Virus record (IMG/VR): IMGVR_UViG_3300031521_000015
DNA length: 64,000 nucleotides
Reading direction: 5' to 3' (one strand)
From: a virus
The notes beneath the pieces were generated by a model that worked only from the letters and a program-made list of their open reading frames with translations, did no database searches and had not been told where the DNA came from. Shown here piece by piece: positions 38,007 to 47,698 of the stretch (the stretch's first letter is position 1; each line of letters opens with the position of its first letter). A program made the translations under genes and the position numbers.

Positions 38007-38217
38007 ATGGCAGTAATTAAGACTAGGGAAGGCTACCAACTCAATGCCCCCCCCTTATAAAGAATTTATGGCAAATGAAGGAGATATATTACCTGATAAT
38101 ACAAACCACTTAGAAGGATTTATACAGAATGGAAGTCAAATAACAATTCTAATGGATAATGATACAATAGTAGCTAAAATATTTAATTCAAAAACTAATA
38201 GATGGATTACATTCTGA
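38007..38217 (+). pseudogene. Small gene (about 69 aa) frameshifted at a C8 tract
   Basis: AAGGA RBS, ATG 38007, C8 at 38047-38054, stop 38058. Removing one C opens the frame to TGA 38215. Confidence 0.65.
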
Positions 38218-38245
38218 AATAAATTAAAGAAAGAAGTGATGAAAA

Positions 38246-38750
38246 TTGATAGATTTCTTTACTCTCAATAAAGCAAAAGCCTATACTAGTCAAGAAATTA
38301 CAAAAGTTGTAACAGGTATTAAATCAATAAACCCTAGTGGTTCACAATTAGTATTTACATTATTAAGTTCTGTCTAAATTTACATATGTAAATAATCAAT
38401 TATTTTACAATGGATTACCTTTTGAAAATGAAATATCCAACCCTACTATAAAAATATCAGATGAATACAAACTGGCAACTATCACTCACAACCTAAATAC
38501 CTATCCATCTATTAGAGCTTTATATACTCAATATGGTGGTGGTATTGGTGGAGCTGGCGATTTTCCAGCTGGTGATACAACTTATAAACTAGAAAATAAA
38601 ATAGCTTATGATGATAAAAATACAATTACTATATATATACCTTTAAAATATTTAGGGAGTAATCCTGTTATTGAAAAAATCACAGATACGGAATATATAA
38701 TTACATATAGTGATTCGGTCATTAGTGTGATATTAAATATAATAATTTAA
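38246..38750 (+). pseudogene. Disrupted fibre-like gene in two frames
   Basis: 43-codon N-part (TTG 38246-38377) and an ATG-less 127-codon frame (38367-38750) homologous to an internal domain of 35048..37195 (HNLNTYP..YGGGIGGAGDFPAG vs HGLNGYP..FGAGVGGAGNFPAG). Confidence 0.7.
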
Positions 38751-38784
38751 AACAAATTAAACGAATAAGGAGTGTGATTATATA

Positions 38785-41031
38785 ATGGCAATAGAAAACA
38801 TAATTAAAGGAGAGCCAGATTGGCATTTGAAAATAAATAATAATATTGGCGAATTAAATGGAAATACAACTTTAAATGCTAATAAAATTGGAAATTTAAC
38901 AACAGATGTAGCTAGTCATTCTACGCAATTGTCAGATATTGTACAGGAACAAACAACACAAAATGCTAATATTGGATTAAAAGCTAATCAAAATGCATTA
39001 GATACTACTAATGCCAATGTAGCAAATAATACAGCTACAATATCTACACATACATCGCAAATAGCAACTAATACATCTGCAATTGCAAGTTTAGCGAGTG
39101 GTTCTCCAAAGGGAGTTTATACCACTTTAGCATTATTACAAACTGCTTTTCCAACAGGAAACACAAATACTTATATAGTAAGTGCAGATGGTTGTTGGTA
39201 CTACTGGAATGGTTCTGCTTGGACAAGTGGTGGAATTTATCAAAGCATATCTATTTCAGATAATGCAGTATCGGAAGCTAAACTAAAAGATTTATTATCA
39301 GCCGATTTATTTACTTACACAGGTGGAGAAACAGGCGGATATTACGCTTGGAATTATGTATGGACTGCTTCTGCTGGTAAAAATGTATCTGCAAGAATAC
39401 CAGTTTCTTATTTAGATGTCGTTAAATTTGATATTAAAAGCACAAGTTATAAAGAATTAATTGCTTTTGATTCAAGTGGAAATTGTGTATATTATAATTC
39501 TAGTGCATTAAATGCAAGTACGGGTGCTTACTATTTTACTATATCAAACAAAGCATGGGCTTATATATCTGTGCAAAATGACATTAGTGCAAATGGTTTG
39601 CTAATTAATTCCGTTAAAAAATTTGCATCTCCGAATTGGACTACTTATTTATTTAATCAAAAAATACAAAGTACAACGGATAGCATTAACACAATAAATA
39701 CTACTATAACAGGTACAAAAAATGCTATGCGTTATAACTACGTAGACCATGATAGTTATGTAGTTGGAACATATAGCAAAGCAACACCTCCAGTGTTCGC
39801 AAGTGATGGTTTAAATGTGTATAAAATATATACTGTTGCAGAAGGTCAAACACTTAAAATACATCCATATGGGAATCCATATATTGCTGTTTACTTTTGT
39901 ACTAATGATTCTGGAACTTTTATAAGTGGTTCGTTATATACAGTATCAAGCTATAATAACACATATCAAACATTCACAGTACCAACAGGAGCGACTAAAT
40001 TATATGTGGCTTGTGAGAAAAACTGTATTGATTATACTTATGTTGAACGTTACGGAATCAATAAAAATCCAACTCAATGGAATGATAAAAGTGCAGTAAT
40101 TTTTGGAACATCGATACCAGCTGGATTCGGTGCAGGAATAAACGGATTAGATACTACTAATTATAGAGAAAATAGTTATCCATTATTAATGGCTCACTAT
40201 TTAAGTATGACAATTACAAACGAAGCAGTAGGTAGTAGTTGTGTATGTTGTAGAAAACAAAGTTTAGTGAATCCAACTACTAATCCTTATGGTTTTATAA
40301 ACAATTTTGAAGCAGTTTCAAGATGTTTGACTAATACAATTGAACAAATGCAGTGGATTGCAAATTGGATAAATTATAAAATTAATAGTGGAACTTATGG
40401 CAATAGTGGTACATATGATTCAAGCGTATTTACAAGTGCTTTCCCTACAACATGGACTACTACAGATACGAACTATATAAAATCTTACTCTTATGAAAAT
40501 AAACTAGTCGTAAATCATCTCGGAAATAATAGAAAAGACTTGTATATATTTGAACATGGTCATAACGATATAGGTACTGATAATTTTACTACAGATACTA
40601 CTGGTTCAAATGGTATGTTTAGTTATAGTGGTTGTATGAATTTTCTTATTAACTTAATTTTAACTGATAATCCAAGAACAAAAATAGTTATTATGAGTCA
40701 TTATGACAATCAAAAGCATACTGGGGTAAATAGTATCATTACAGCACAAAAAAATGTTGCAGATTATTGGGAAATTCCATTTTTATCATTGTACGATAAA
40801 TTAGGAATGTCACAAGGGACAATAAAAACAACTGGATATTGGGATGTAACAGGATATTCAGATGGTTCTGCATGGTGGGTTGCTAGTGGTGGAACAGAAC
40901 AAACAATTTCAATGGTTAATTTATGGCTACCTGATGGAACACATCCACATACAGATAAAAGTGGCAAAGCAAATAGGCATATTGCTAAACAGGCAAGCGA
41001 ATTGCTGAAAACTGTAAGCGTTGCTTATTAA
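38785..41031 (+). CDS. Tail fibre/spike with C-terminal SGNH/GDSL hydrolase
   Basis: Coiled coil plus ASGSPKGVY..L..AFP.G..WYYWNG module; SGNH blocks FGTSI, AVGSS, EHGHND, DGTHP. Confidence 0.8.
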   Translation: MAIENIIKGEPDWHLKINNNIGELNGNTTLNANKIGNLTTDVASHSTQLSDIVQEQTTQNANIGLKANQNALDTTNANVANNTATISTHTSQIATNTSAIASLASGSPKGVYTTLALLQTAFPTGNTNTYIVSADGCWYYWNGSAWTSGGIYQSISISDNAVSEAKLKDLLSADLFTYTGGETGGYYAWNYVWTASAGKNVSARIPVSYLDVVKFDIKSTSYKELIAFDSSGNCVYYNSSALNASTGAYYFTISNKAWAYISVQNDISANGLLINSVKKFASPNWTTYLFNQKIQSTTDSINTINTTITGTKNAMRYNYVDHDSYVVGTYSKATPPVFASDGLNVYKIYTVAEGQTLKIHPYGNPYIAVYFCTNDSGTFISGSLYTVSSYNNTYQTFTVPTGATKLYVACEKNCIDYTYVERYGINKNPTQWNDKSAVIFGTSIPAGFGAGINGLDTTNYRENSYPLLMAHYLSMTITNEAVGSSCVCCRKQSLVNPTTNPYGFINNFEAVSRCLTNTIEQMQWIANWINYKINSGTYGNSGTYDSSVFTSAFPTTWTTTDTNYIKSYSYENKLVVNHLGNNRKDLYIFEHGHNDIGTDNFTTDTTGSNGMFSYSGCMNFLINLILTDNPRTKIVIMSHYDNQKHTGVNSIITAQKNVADYWEIPFLSLYDKLGMSQGTIKTTGYWDVTGYSDGSAWWVASGGTEQTISMVNLWLPDGTHPHTDKSGKANRHIAKQASELLKTVSVAY

Positions 41032-41103
41032 TAATATACGCAATAGGATAATATGGTTCGTAAGACTAATTATTTGGCAATTAAATATTAAAGCAATGTT
41101 AGG

Positions 41104-41132
41104 AGGACTATTTTAATTGATAGTCCTTTTTT
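41104..41132 (+). terminator. Intrinsic terminator
   Basis: AGGACTAT/ATAGTCCT plus T run. Confidence 0.7.
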
Positions 41133-41334
41133 GTTAACATAAAATAAAATAAGAATTTTATAAGGAATTTAGTTGTCTGAACAAAAGTTATGTAATCTAA
41201 TCTATGATGATTTCTTAATTCTGAATGTAGATATTAAAATCACAAATAAGAAAAATAATTTTAAAAGACTTGGGTTAATTGTTCGAGTCTTTTTGTTATT
41301 CAAAAATTAAAAGTTAAATTTAAAAAAGGAAGCG

Positions 41335-42276
41335 ATGTATAAAATGTTAGATATTCAAAAACAATTTATCAATTACAATAAGTCTTCAAGAAGTGCGAAT
41401 CCAATATACATAGTGGTACATGATACGGGTTCACCTAATTCTACTGCACAAAACAATCATGATTATTTTGCAGGTGGAGATAGATCAGCTAGTGCCGATT
41501 ATTTTGTAGACTCCAATAATATCATTCAAATAATAGATACAGATAATTTCTACAGTTGGCAAGTGGGTGATGGTGGAGGAAAATACGGGATTTCAAATAA
41601 AAATAGTGTTGGTATAGAAATGTGTATAGGTTCTGACAGTATGCCTACAGACGCTACTATAAACAATACAATAGACTTAGTGAGATATCTAATGAGTAAG
41701 TATGGTATCAGTATTGATAACGTTGTAAGGCATTATGATGCTAGCCATAAGATTTGTCCAAACTGTTTTAGTACTAATTCATGGGCAAGATGGTATGACT
41801 TTAAAGAACAAGTTTCTAACGGTAGCACAACTTCAGGTGGAGAATGGATATTACAAGATTCTAAATGGTGGTATAAACATTCCGATGGAACTTATACAAA
41901 AGACGGTTGGGAAAAGATAGATAACTATTGGTATTTATTCGATAGTGAAGGGTATATGGTCTATGATTGGAAAAAGTCTGGAGGAAAGTGGTATTATTTA
42001 TCAGATTCAAACAATGATGGCAAAATGAAAACAGGGTGGATATTTGATAAAAATGATAGTAAGTGGTATTACTGCAATGAAGATGGTGCTATGCTTACTG
42101 GTTGGCAAAAAATAGATTCTAATTGGTATTATTTAAATATATCAGGAGCAATGCAAACAGGTTGGGTAAATGATGGTGGAAAATTCTATTGTTGTTATTC
42201 AAACGGTGTTATGATACATGATACTACAGCTTATGGATATAAATTTGCTAGTAATGGTGTTGCAACTAAGTTATAA
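41335..42276 (+). CDS. Endolysin: N-acetylmuramoyl-L-alanine amidase (Amidase_2) with cell-wall-binding repeats
   Basis: YIVVHDT, SVGIEMC, VVRHYDASHKICP; repeated M.TGW....KWYY. Confidence 0.92.
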   Translation: MYKMLDIQKQFINYNKSSRSANPIYIVVHDTGSPNSTAQNNHDYFAGGDRSASADYFVDSNNIIQIIDTDNFYSWQVGDGGGKYGISNKNSVGIEMCIGSDSMPTDATINNTIDLVRYLMSKYGISIDNVVRHYDASHKICPNCFSTNSWARWYDFKEQVSNGSTTSGGEWILQDSKWWYKHSDGTYTKDGWEKIDNYWYLFDSEGYMVYDWKKSGGKWYYLSDSNNDGKMKTGWIFDKNDSKWYYCNEDGAMLTGWQKIDSNWYYLNISGAMQTGWVNDGGKFYCCYSNGVMIHDTTAYGYKFASNGVATKL

Positions 42277-42345
42277 AATTTAAACAAATTAATTATAAAA
42301 TAAAGTTATGCTACTTAAAAGGCAAAATTTAAGGAGGAATTTATC

Positions 42346-42591
42346 ATGAGTGAAACAATGAAAACAAGATTAAAAAACAAGGCATTTTGGGTATCGCTAG
42401 TGAGTGCAGTAGTATTACTTACACAACAACTAGGTATAAATATATTCCCTGCAAATTGGGCTGATATTATGAATACAATATTAGTCATATTAACAATTTT
42501 AGGTATTGTAATTGACCCAACAACTAAAGGTATTTTAGATGCAAAAACAACTGAAACTATAGAAGAAGTTAAAACAGAAGAAATAAAATAA
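42346..42591 (+). CDS. Holin (phi LC3-type)
   Basis: RLKNKAFW..two TM helices..GIVIDPTTKG; beside endolysin. Confidence 0.9.
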   Translation: MSETMKTRLKNKAFWVSLVSAVVLLTQQLGINIFPANWADIMNTILVILTILGIVIDPTTKGILDAKTTETIEEVKTEEIK

Positions 42592-42629
42592 ATTAAATAG
42601 TATTTAGAATTAAGATTTTAAGTTGAATT

Positions 42630-42662
42630 GAGATTAGGGACAAGTTCTCTAGTCTCTTTTAT
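42630..42662 (+). terminator. Terminator after lysis genes
   Basis: GAGATTAGGGA/TCTCTAGTCTC stem plus TTTT. Confidence 0.65.
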
Positions 42663-42745
42663 TATGTTCAAATTTATTTTCATGGTGCTTTCAAAGATTG
42701 AAGGTAACTAAAAATAAAATATATGATGAAAGAAGGAATATTATA

Positions 42746-43576
42746 ATGAAAAATCAATTAACAATCAATGGAGAACAAAATTTTATGGGAGTTAACATTC
42801 CTATAATTGAAGGTGGATTTGGAGAAAATCAAAAAGTAATGCTAGCTAAGACAATATCAGAAATTCATGGAGTTAGAAATAATGATATACAAGATTTAAT
42901 AACTCAAAATATTGAAGAATTTGAAATAGGTATAGATTTACTTGATTTATGTGATGAAAATTTTAAAACCGAAGCTGTCGGTTTAGGCTTTATTACTAGT
43001 AACAGACAAAAATATTGCTATTTATTATCTGAACAAGGGTATATGTTATTAACTGGATTTATGAAAACAGAAAAAGCTAAAGATATTAGAAAGCAATTAA
43101 GAAGAGAATATTTTGCCATGAGACAAATTATAAATTCAGATGAACAATTAAAGGCAAATTTATTATTATCAATATACCAAGGTGGACAAGAAGGAATATT
43201 AGCATCAAAACAACTTACTGAATTAGAAGTTAAAGAAGCAGTTGCACCATTACAGAAAGAATTAGAAGAAAATAAGCCTATGGTTGAATTTGCCACACAA
43301 GTAAGCGAATCTGCTAATTCTATAACTATGGCACAATTTGCAAAAGTAATTAAGGATGAAAAAATAAATATTGGAAGAAATAAATTGTTTGAGTGGTTCA
43401 GAGATAATGGATATCTAAGATACAATAATGAACCTTATCAAAAATATATGGATTATTTTGAAGTAAAAGAGAATACATATAAAACTCCTTATGGAACTAA
43501 GACAAGTATTCAAAGCCTTGTAAATGGTAAAGGTCAAATTTACTTTGTTGAAAAGTTAAGAAAAGAATTTTGCTAA
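42746..43576 (+). CDS. Phage antirepressor (ORF6N-like plus KilAC), paralogue of 17206
   Basis: IEGGFG..LAK.I.EIH, YLLSEQGY, IGRNKLFEW.RDNG..NEPYQ, V.GKGQIYF; RBS favours ATG 42746. Confidence 0.85.
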   Translation: MKNQLTINGEQNFMGVNIPIIEGGFGENQKVMLAKTISEIHGVRNNDIQDLITQNIEEFEIGIDLLDLCDENFKTEAVGLGFITSNRQKYCYLLSEQGYMLLTGFMKTEKAKDIRKQLRREYFAMRQIINSDEQLKANLLLSIYQGGQEGILASKQLTELEVKEAVAPLQKELEENKPMVEFATQVSESANSITMAQFAKVIKDEKINIGRNKLFEWFRDNGYLRYNNEPYQKYMDYFEVKENTYKTPYGTKTSIQSLVNGKGQIYFVEKLRKEFC

Positions 43577-43636
43577 TAAAACAAATTATAAAAAATGGAG
43601 GATTAATTTCCTCCTAATTTTAAGGAGAGATTTATT

Positions 43637-43819
43637 ATGAATAATCAAGAAAGAAAAGTAATGTATTTATATAATATAGATCAAGTTTCATTTTATATTA
43701 GTCAAGGATGTAAGCCAATTGATACAGGTATACACCCACAAACAAAAATGGTATGGAATAAATTTTATAAAGATGAAACTGAACAAGCTTATAACTTGTG
43801 GATGAATAGAAATAGATAA
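43637..43819 (+). CDS. Small protein, 60 aa
   Basis: AAGGAG RBS; YLYN.DQ..FY...G..P...G.H motif. Confidence 0.7.
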   Translation: MNNQERKVMYLYNIDQVSFYISQGCKPIDTGIHPQTKMVWNKFYKDETEQAYNLWMNRNR

Positions 43820-43853
43820 ATAAAATATTATGATGAAAGAAGGAATTTAATTT

Positions 43854-44750
43854 ATGATGAAAGAAAAATTCACTAAGATACCTAACGACTTTATTAAAGG
43901 AGACTTTGATTTGAACTCAAAAGAATTAACAATAGCAACAATATTATTAATGACTAGGAACGGAAAAGATGTGTGTATATTTACACTAAAATGGTTATAT
44001 GACATATTAAACATAGGTGCTAAAAACACATATAGTCAGAATGAAGTTAAAAAGATACTAAAGATGTTTGGAGATGAAGAATTGTTCTTCTATCATGACA
44101 ATATATTTTTAGATAATGAGGAAATTGTGGATATTGATTCTATAAGTAAAACAGATTTAATATTTGCTGAATTATATCATGATATGACTGATAGTTTTAC
44201 AATGCTTATTGATAATGACATAAAACAAATTATAAAATATAGTAATGAAAATAAAATAGATACATATTCGCTATTGAGTACATATACATATATTTGTAGT
44301 TGTATAAACAATAATGAACAATGTGAAGATTACTTACTATGCTTCCCGTCACTACTTAATATATCTGATAGTGTGAATATAGCAGAAAAGACAGTATTGA
44401 AATATATAAATATCCTCAAAGACTTAGATATATTCATATTTGATTATGCAGGTTATAAGGTATTAGCTGATGGAAAAGTAAAGAACGGTAAGATGTTCTA
44501 TACAAGAGTAGGGAATGAAGAAATACTCTTACAAAGACTACAAAAAGAAAGACAAGAACATGGATATTACAATATAAGTAGAAGACTAAAAGATAAGGGT
44601 AATCTCAAAAGATCATTGAAACAAAAAATAAATGACTTAGAAAAGAAAGCTAGTATTAATCCTATAGAGATAGAAGAACTAAAATTAATAAAAGAAGAAT
44701 ATAAAGAACTAAACTCTGAAGAAAAAGAGAAAAACTCCAGTGAGCTTTAG
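43854..44750 (+). CDS. Winged-HTH protein, replication-initiator-like
   Basis: FTKIPN N-terminus; CFPSL..I...VNI.EKTVLKYINILKD HTH. Confidence 0.6.
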   Translation: MMKEKFTKIPNDFIKGDFDLNSKELTIATILLMTRNGKDVCIFTLKWLYDILNIGAKNTYSQNEVKKILKMFGDEELFFYHDNIFLDNEEIVDIDSISKTDLIFAELYHDMTDSFTMLIDNDIKQIIKYSNENKIDTYSLLSTYTYICSCINNNEQCEDYLLCFPSLLNISDSVNIAEKTVLKYINILKDLDIFIFDYAGYKVLADGKVKNGKMFYTRVGNEEILLQRLQKERQEHGYYNISRRLKDKGNLKRSLKQKINDLEKKASINPIEIEELKLIKEEYKELNSEEKEKNSSEL

Positions 44751-44992
44751 CGAAACTGTAAATTCATCTTCTTATTAGTCTTTCTTCTTCTTAGTATATC
44801 TTGTTAGTTAGTCTTATTGTTACACTTTACTGGGTTATGAATTTAGTATAACAATTGAAACGTTGATTTATGAAAATAGCTTTATCTTGAAATGTCAATT
44901 TATGCTTTTAGTATAACAACTCAATTCTCTATTTATACTATTTTCATAAATTGAAGGTTAGAGACAAAATAAATTAAATAAGGGGCATTTAA

Positions 44993-45295
44993 ATGAGTGG
45001 AGTATATATTTTAAAGAATGAAAACCAAAGTTTAAATAATAAATTATACATAAAAATTGGCTGTAGCAAAAATATAGAAAAGAGAATAAATCAAATAAAG
45101 AGTTCATTTAAGTTCAATGGTAATTTAGATAAACTTTCTTTATATAGAATTATAGAGTGTAAATCTTATTTAAAGCTTGAGAAAATAATCCATCAAATAA
45201 TGTCTAGTCGGAAAGTGACTAATGAATGGTTTCTTACTGAGGAAAGTTTCTTGTTGAATAGATTAGGAATGATTGATTTAGAAAGATACAATTGA
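44993..45295 (+). CDS. T5orf172/GIY-YIG-like domain protein
   Basis: GVYIL..YIKIG.SKN.EKR..LEK.IH..NEWF. Confidence 0.75.
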   Translation: MSGVYILKNENQSLNNKLYIKIGCSKNIEKRINQIKSSFKFNGNLDKLSLYRIIECKSYLKLEKIIHQIMSSRKVTNEWFLTEESFLLNRLGMIDLERYN

Positions 45296-45313
45296 AATGA
45301 AATATACAAAATG

Positions 45314-45350
45314 ATAGAGATTAGAAAATAAAATTCTAGTCTCTATTTAT
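45314..45350 (+). terminator. Terminator hairpin
   Basis: ATAGAGATTAGAA/TTCTAGTCTCTAT. Confidence 0.6.
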
Positions 45351-45561
45351 CAAATAACAATCAATATTAATATAAAACATTTGTTTTGTGTAAAGTTCCA
45401 ATCTTTGTAAGTAAGTGATAGCCTTATTCTTAAATCTGAATTATTTTACTAAAGTCTATTAAACAGTTAATTATTAATAGATTTTTAAAGATAATTTTGT
45501 GAATATGATACGTAGATACTCATGGAATTAAAAATCATAAAACATGAAAGGGGAGATATAA

Positions 45562-46776
45562 ATGGCGACAGTAACTACAATTACAGAATGTCAAACTAAT
45601 ACAGGTTTGATTTGTCTTAATAACGGAACAAGTTCTATCTCTATCCAAGAAAACTTTCCTATTTTCGATAGTAATTTTCCTGTAGATTACTTAGTGGATT
45701 TACTGATTACATCTATGAATGGTTTTACTTCAGGAGAAACAATAGAAGTATTAATTGATAATGTATCATTAGGTTCATTTTCAGTAGGAACTACACCAGA
45801 CAAAGCTATTTGGCTTAGTGAATTAATCGGATTGACTTCAAGAGAGATATTAAGTAGTAAACCAATTACTCAAAATATTGAATTGAAATTCTCGTCTAAT
45901 AAATTATTAAAGTTTATATTAGTTTCAGCTAAAGCAAGTGATTATGTTAGTGCAATTACAACTTACAATAATATATTAACTATTAGTAATAATTATGTTT
46001 TGGCAGAAACAGAAATACAATCAAGAGACGAGTCAAGTGTTGGAGCTATAGCCGACGCAGTATCTAATAGTAAAACAGAAATCACAGGAAATAATACAAA
46101 TGTAATAACAATTAAAAATACATTTCCTATTTGGGGAACTGCTTTACCTAAAGCATTTGTTATAGATAATTTAATAATATTCTCAAAGCTACTACCTATG
46201 AACACAGAGATATATATCAAAAAAGATGGAATTCCAATAAAGACATATAAAACCACTACAAACTTAAAATGTACATATTTAAGTGATATATTAGGGGTTT
46301 CTAAAGAACTATTATACACAAAAGTAAATGAAGAATATGAACTAAATTTCGTTTATCCACAATTTATAAATAACCAAATATTAACAGGGGAATTAACAGA
46401 TTTTTCTGTTGCATCTGTAATGGCTACACAATTACAACAAAATATTTTTGAATTATCAAATTCTCATACACTTGATGATGCACCTGTAAATACTAACGAT
46501 TGTAATTTTATAGTTACATATGATAGTTATGATAGAAGTATAAAGAGTGCAGAATTACAACTCAATAATCAACAAAGTATTACCTTATCATTTTTAACTG
46601 ATAATTCAGAAAGTTCTCCTATTCCATTAGTTAAATTATCAAATTTGGATAATTTATATAACACAGAAATTTCACTAGTAATGGACGGACAAGCAATACA
46701 AGATTATTTAACAATAATTAGAGATTTTGCAAGAAAAAGAAATGAATTAGAATATCAATATAAAACTAATAAGTAG
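45562..46776 (+). CDS. Hypothetical protein with two internal repeats
   Basis: I.I.ENFP..FP..Y.VD.LI and I.IKNTFP..LP..F.ID.LI; WLSELIG vs YLSDILG. Confidence 0.7.
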   Translation: MATVTTITECQTNTGLICLNNGTSSISIQENFPIFDSNFPVDYLVDLLITSMNGFTSGETIEVLIDNVSLGSFSVGTTPDKAIWLSELIGLTSREILSSKPITQNIELKFSSNKLLKFILVSAKASDYVSAITTYNNILTISNNYVLAETEIQSRDESSVGAIADAVSNSKTEITGNNTNVITIKNTFPIWGTALPKAFVIDNLIIFSKLLPMNTEIYIKKDGIPIKTYKTTTNLKCTYLSDILGVSKELLYTKVNEEYELNFVYPQFINNQILTGELTDFSVASVMATQLQQNIFELSNSHTLDDAPVNTNDCNFIVTYDSYDRSIKSAELQLNNQQSITLSFLTDNSESSPIPLVKLSNLDNLYNTEISLVMDGQAIQDYLTIIRDFARKRNELEYQYKTNK

Positions 46777-46784
46777 GTGATATT

Positions 46785-47678
46785 ATGAGCTTTAAAATGA
46801 TGTCTTCAGGAGGTGTGTCTAGGTCAAATAATCTTCCAAAACAAGGTGATTATCATGGACAGATATTAGAATATTTAAAAGATAATACAAACAATCCTGA
46901 ATTATATTCTTGGAATGAGTTACGGAAGAAATGGATTCCAATAAGTGGTGGTGGAGGAAATGTAACTTATCAGAACTCAAATCCTATGTCAATTGCTGTT
47001 GGTGGATTTTCAGTAGGAACAAATTTTGTGGAAGAAAAAACAATTCAAGAGATGTTAGATGGTTTATTATACCCGTATATTGCACCGACTGCAAACTTAG
47101 GAACTACAGTTTCAACAATACAAGAACTAGGTACAAATTTGGCTAGTATTCAATTAAATGCAACAATGACTAAAAAATCTAATGATATTACAAAGATAGA
47201 ATATTATAAGAATGGAAGTTTAGTTAATTCAAAAGATAATCCTTCTTTAAGTGAAAGTTATGTTGATTCTACGGGAATAAATAGTAATACAACTTATATG
47301 ATAAAGGTCTATGATAGTAAGCCAAATACGGTTTCAAGTAATTTAAGTTTTAACTATATTTATCCAATGTACATAGGTAATGTTGATGTAATAAATCCTA
47401 CTGAAGCAGATGTGAAAGGTATGATTAAAAAATTAGTAACAAAAGCAAGTCAAAGTTTATCTTATAATATTTCAAATAGTAGATTTTGTTTCGTATTTCC
47501 AACCTCATATGGTAGTTTGACTTCAATCAAAGATCCTAATAATTTTGAAATGTTATCAGCTTTTACAAAAACAACTTCAAATTTTACAATGCTTGATGGA
47601 AAATCAATACCTTATAACATATACACCTTGAGTATGCCTACAAGTCAAACGAGTTTTACAATAACTTATATATTCTAA
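46785..47678 (+). CDS. Putative virion appendage protein
   Basis: GGGG..Y.N..P..IAVGG module shared with next gene; beta-rich; FVFP.SYG.L.SIKD.N.F C-terminus. Confidence 0.6.
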   Translation: MSFKMMSSGGVSRSNNLPKQGDYHGQILEYLKDNTNNPELYSWNELRKKWIPISGGGGNVTYQNSNPMSIAVGGFSVGTNFVEEKTIQEMLDGLLYPYIAPTANLGTTVSTIQELGTNLASIQLNATMTKKSNDITKIEYYKNGSLVNSKDNPSLSESYVDSTGINSNTTYMIKVYDSKPNTVSSNLSFNYIYPMYIGNVDVINPTEADVKGMIKKLVTKASQSLSYNISNSRFCFVFPTSYGSLTSIKDPNNFEMLSAFTKTTSNFTMLDGKSIPYNIYTLSMPTSQTSFTITYIF

Positions 47679-47698
47679 TAGAAAGGATGTGAAAATAT

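Noticed and set aside
35048-41031. Diversity-generating retroelement or shufflon at the fibre locus
   Set aside because: No reverse transcriptase, invertase or near-identical TR/VR nucleotide repeat was seen; the similarity is only at diverged protein level.
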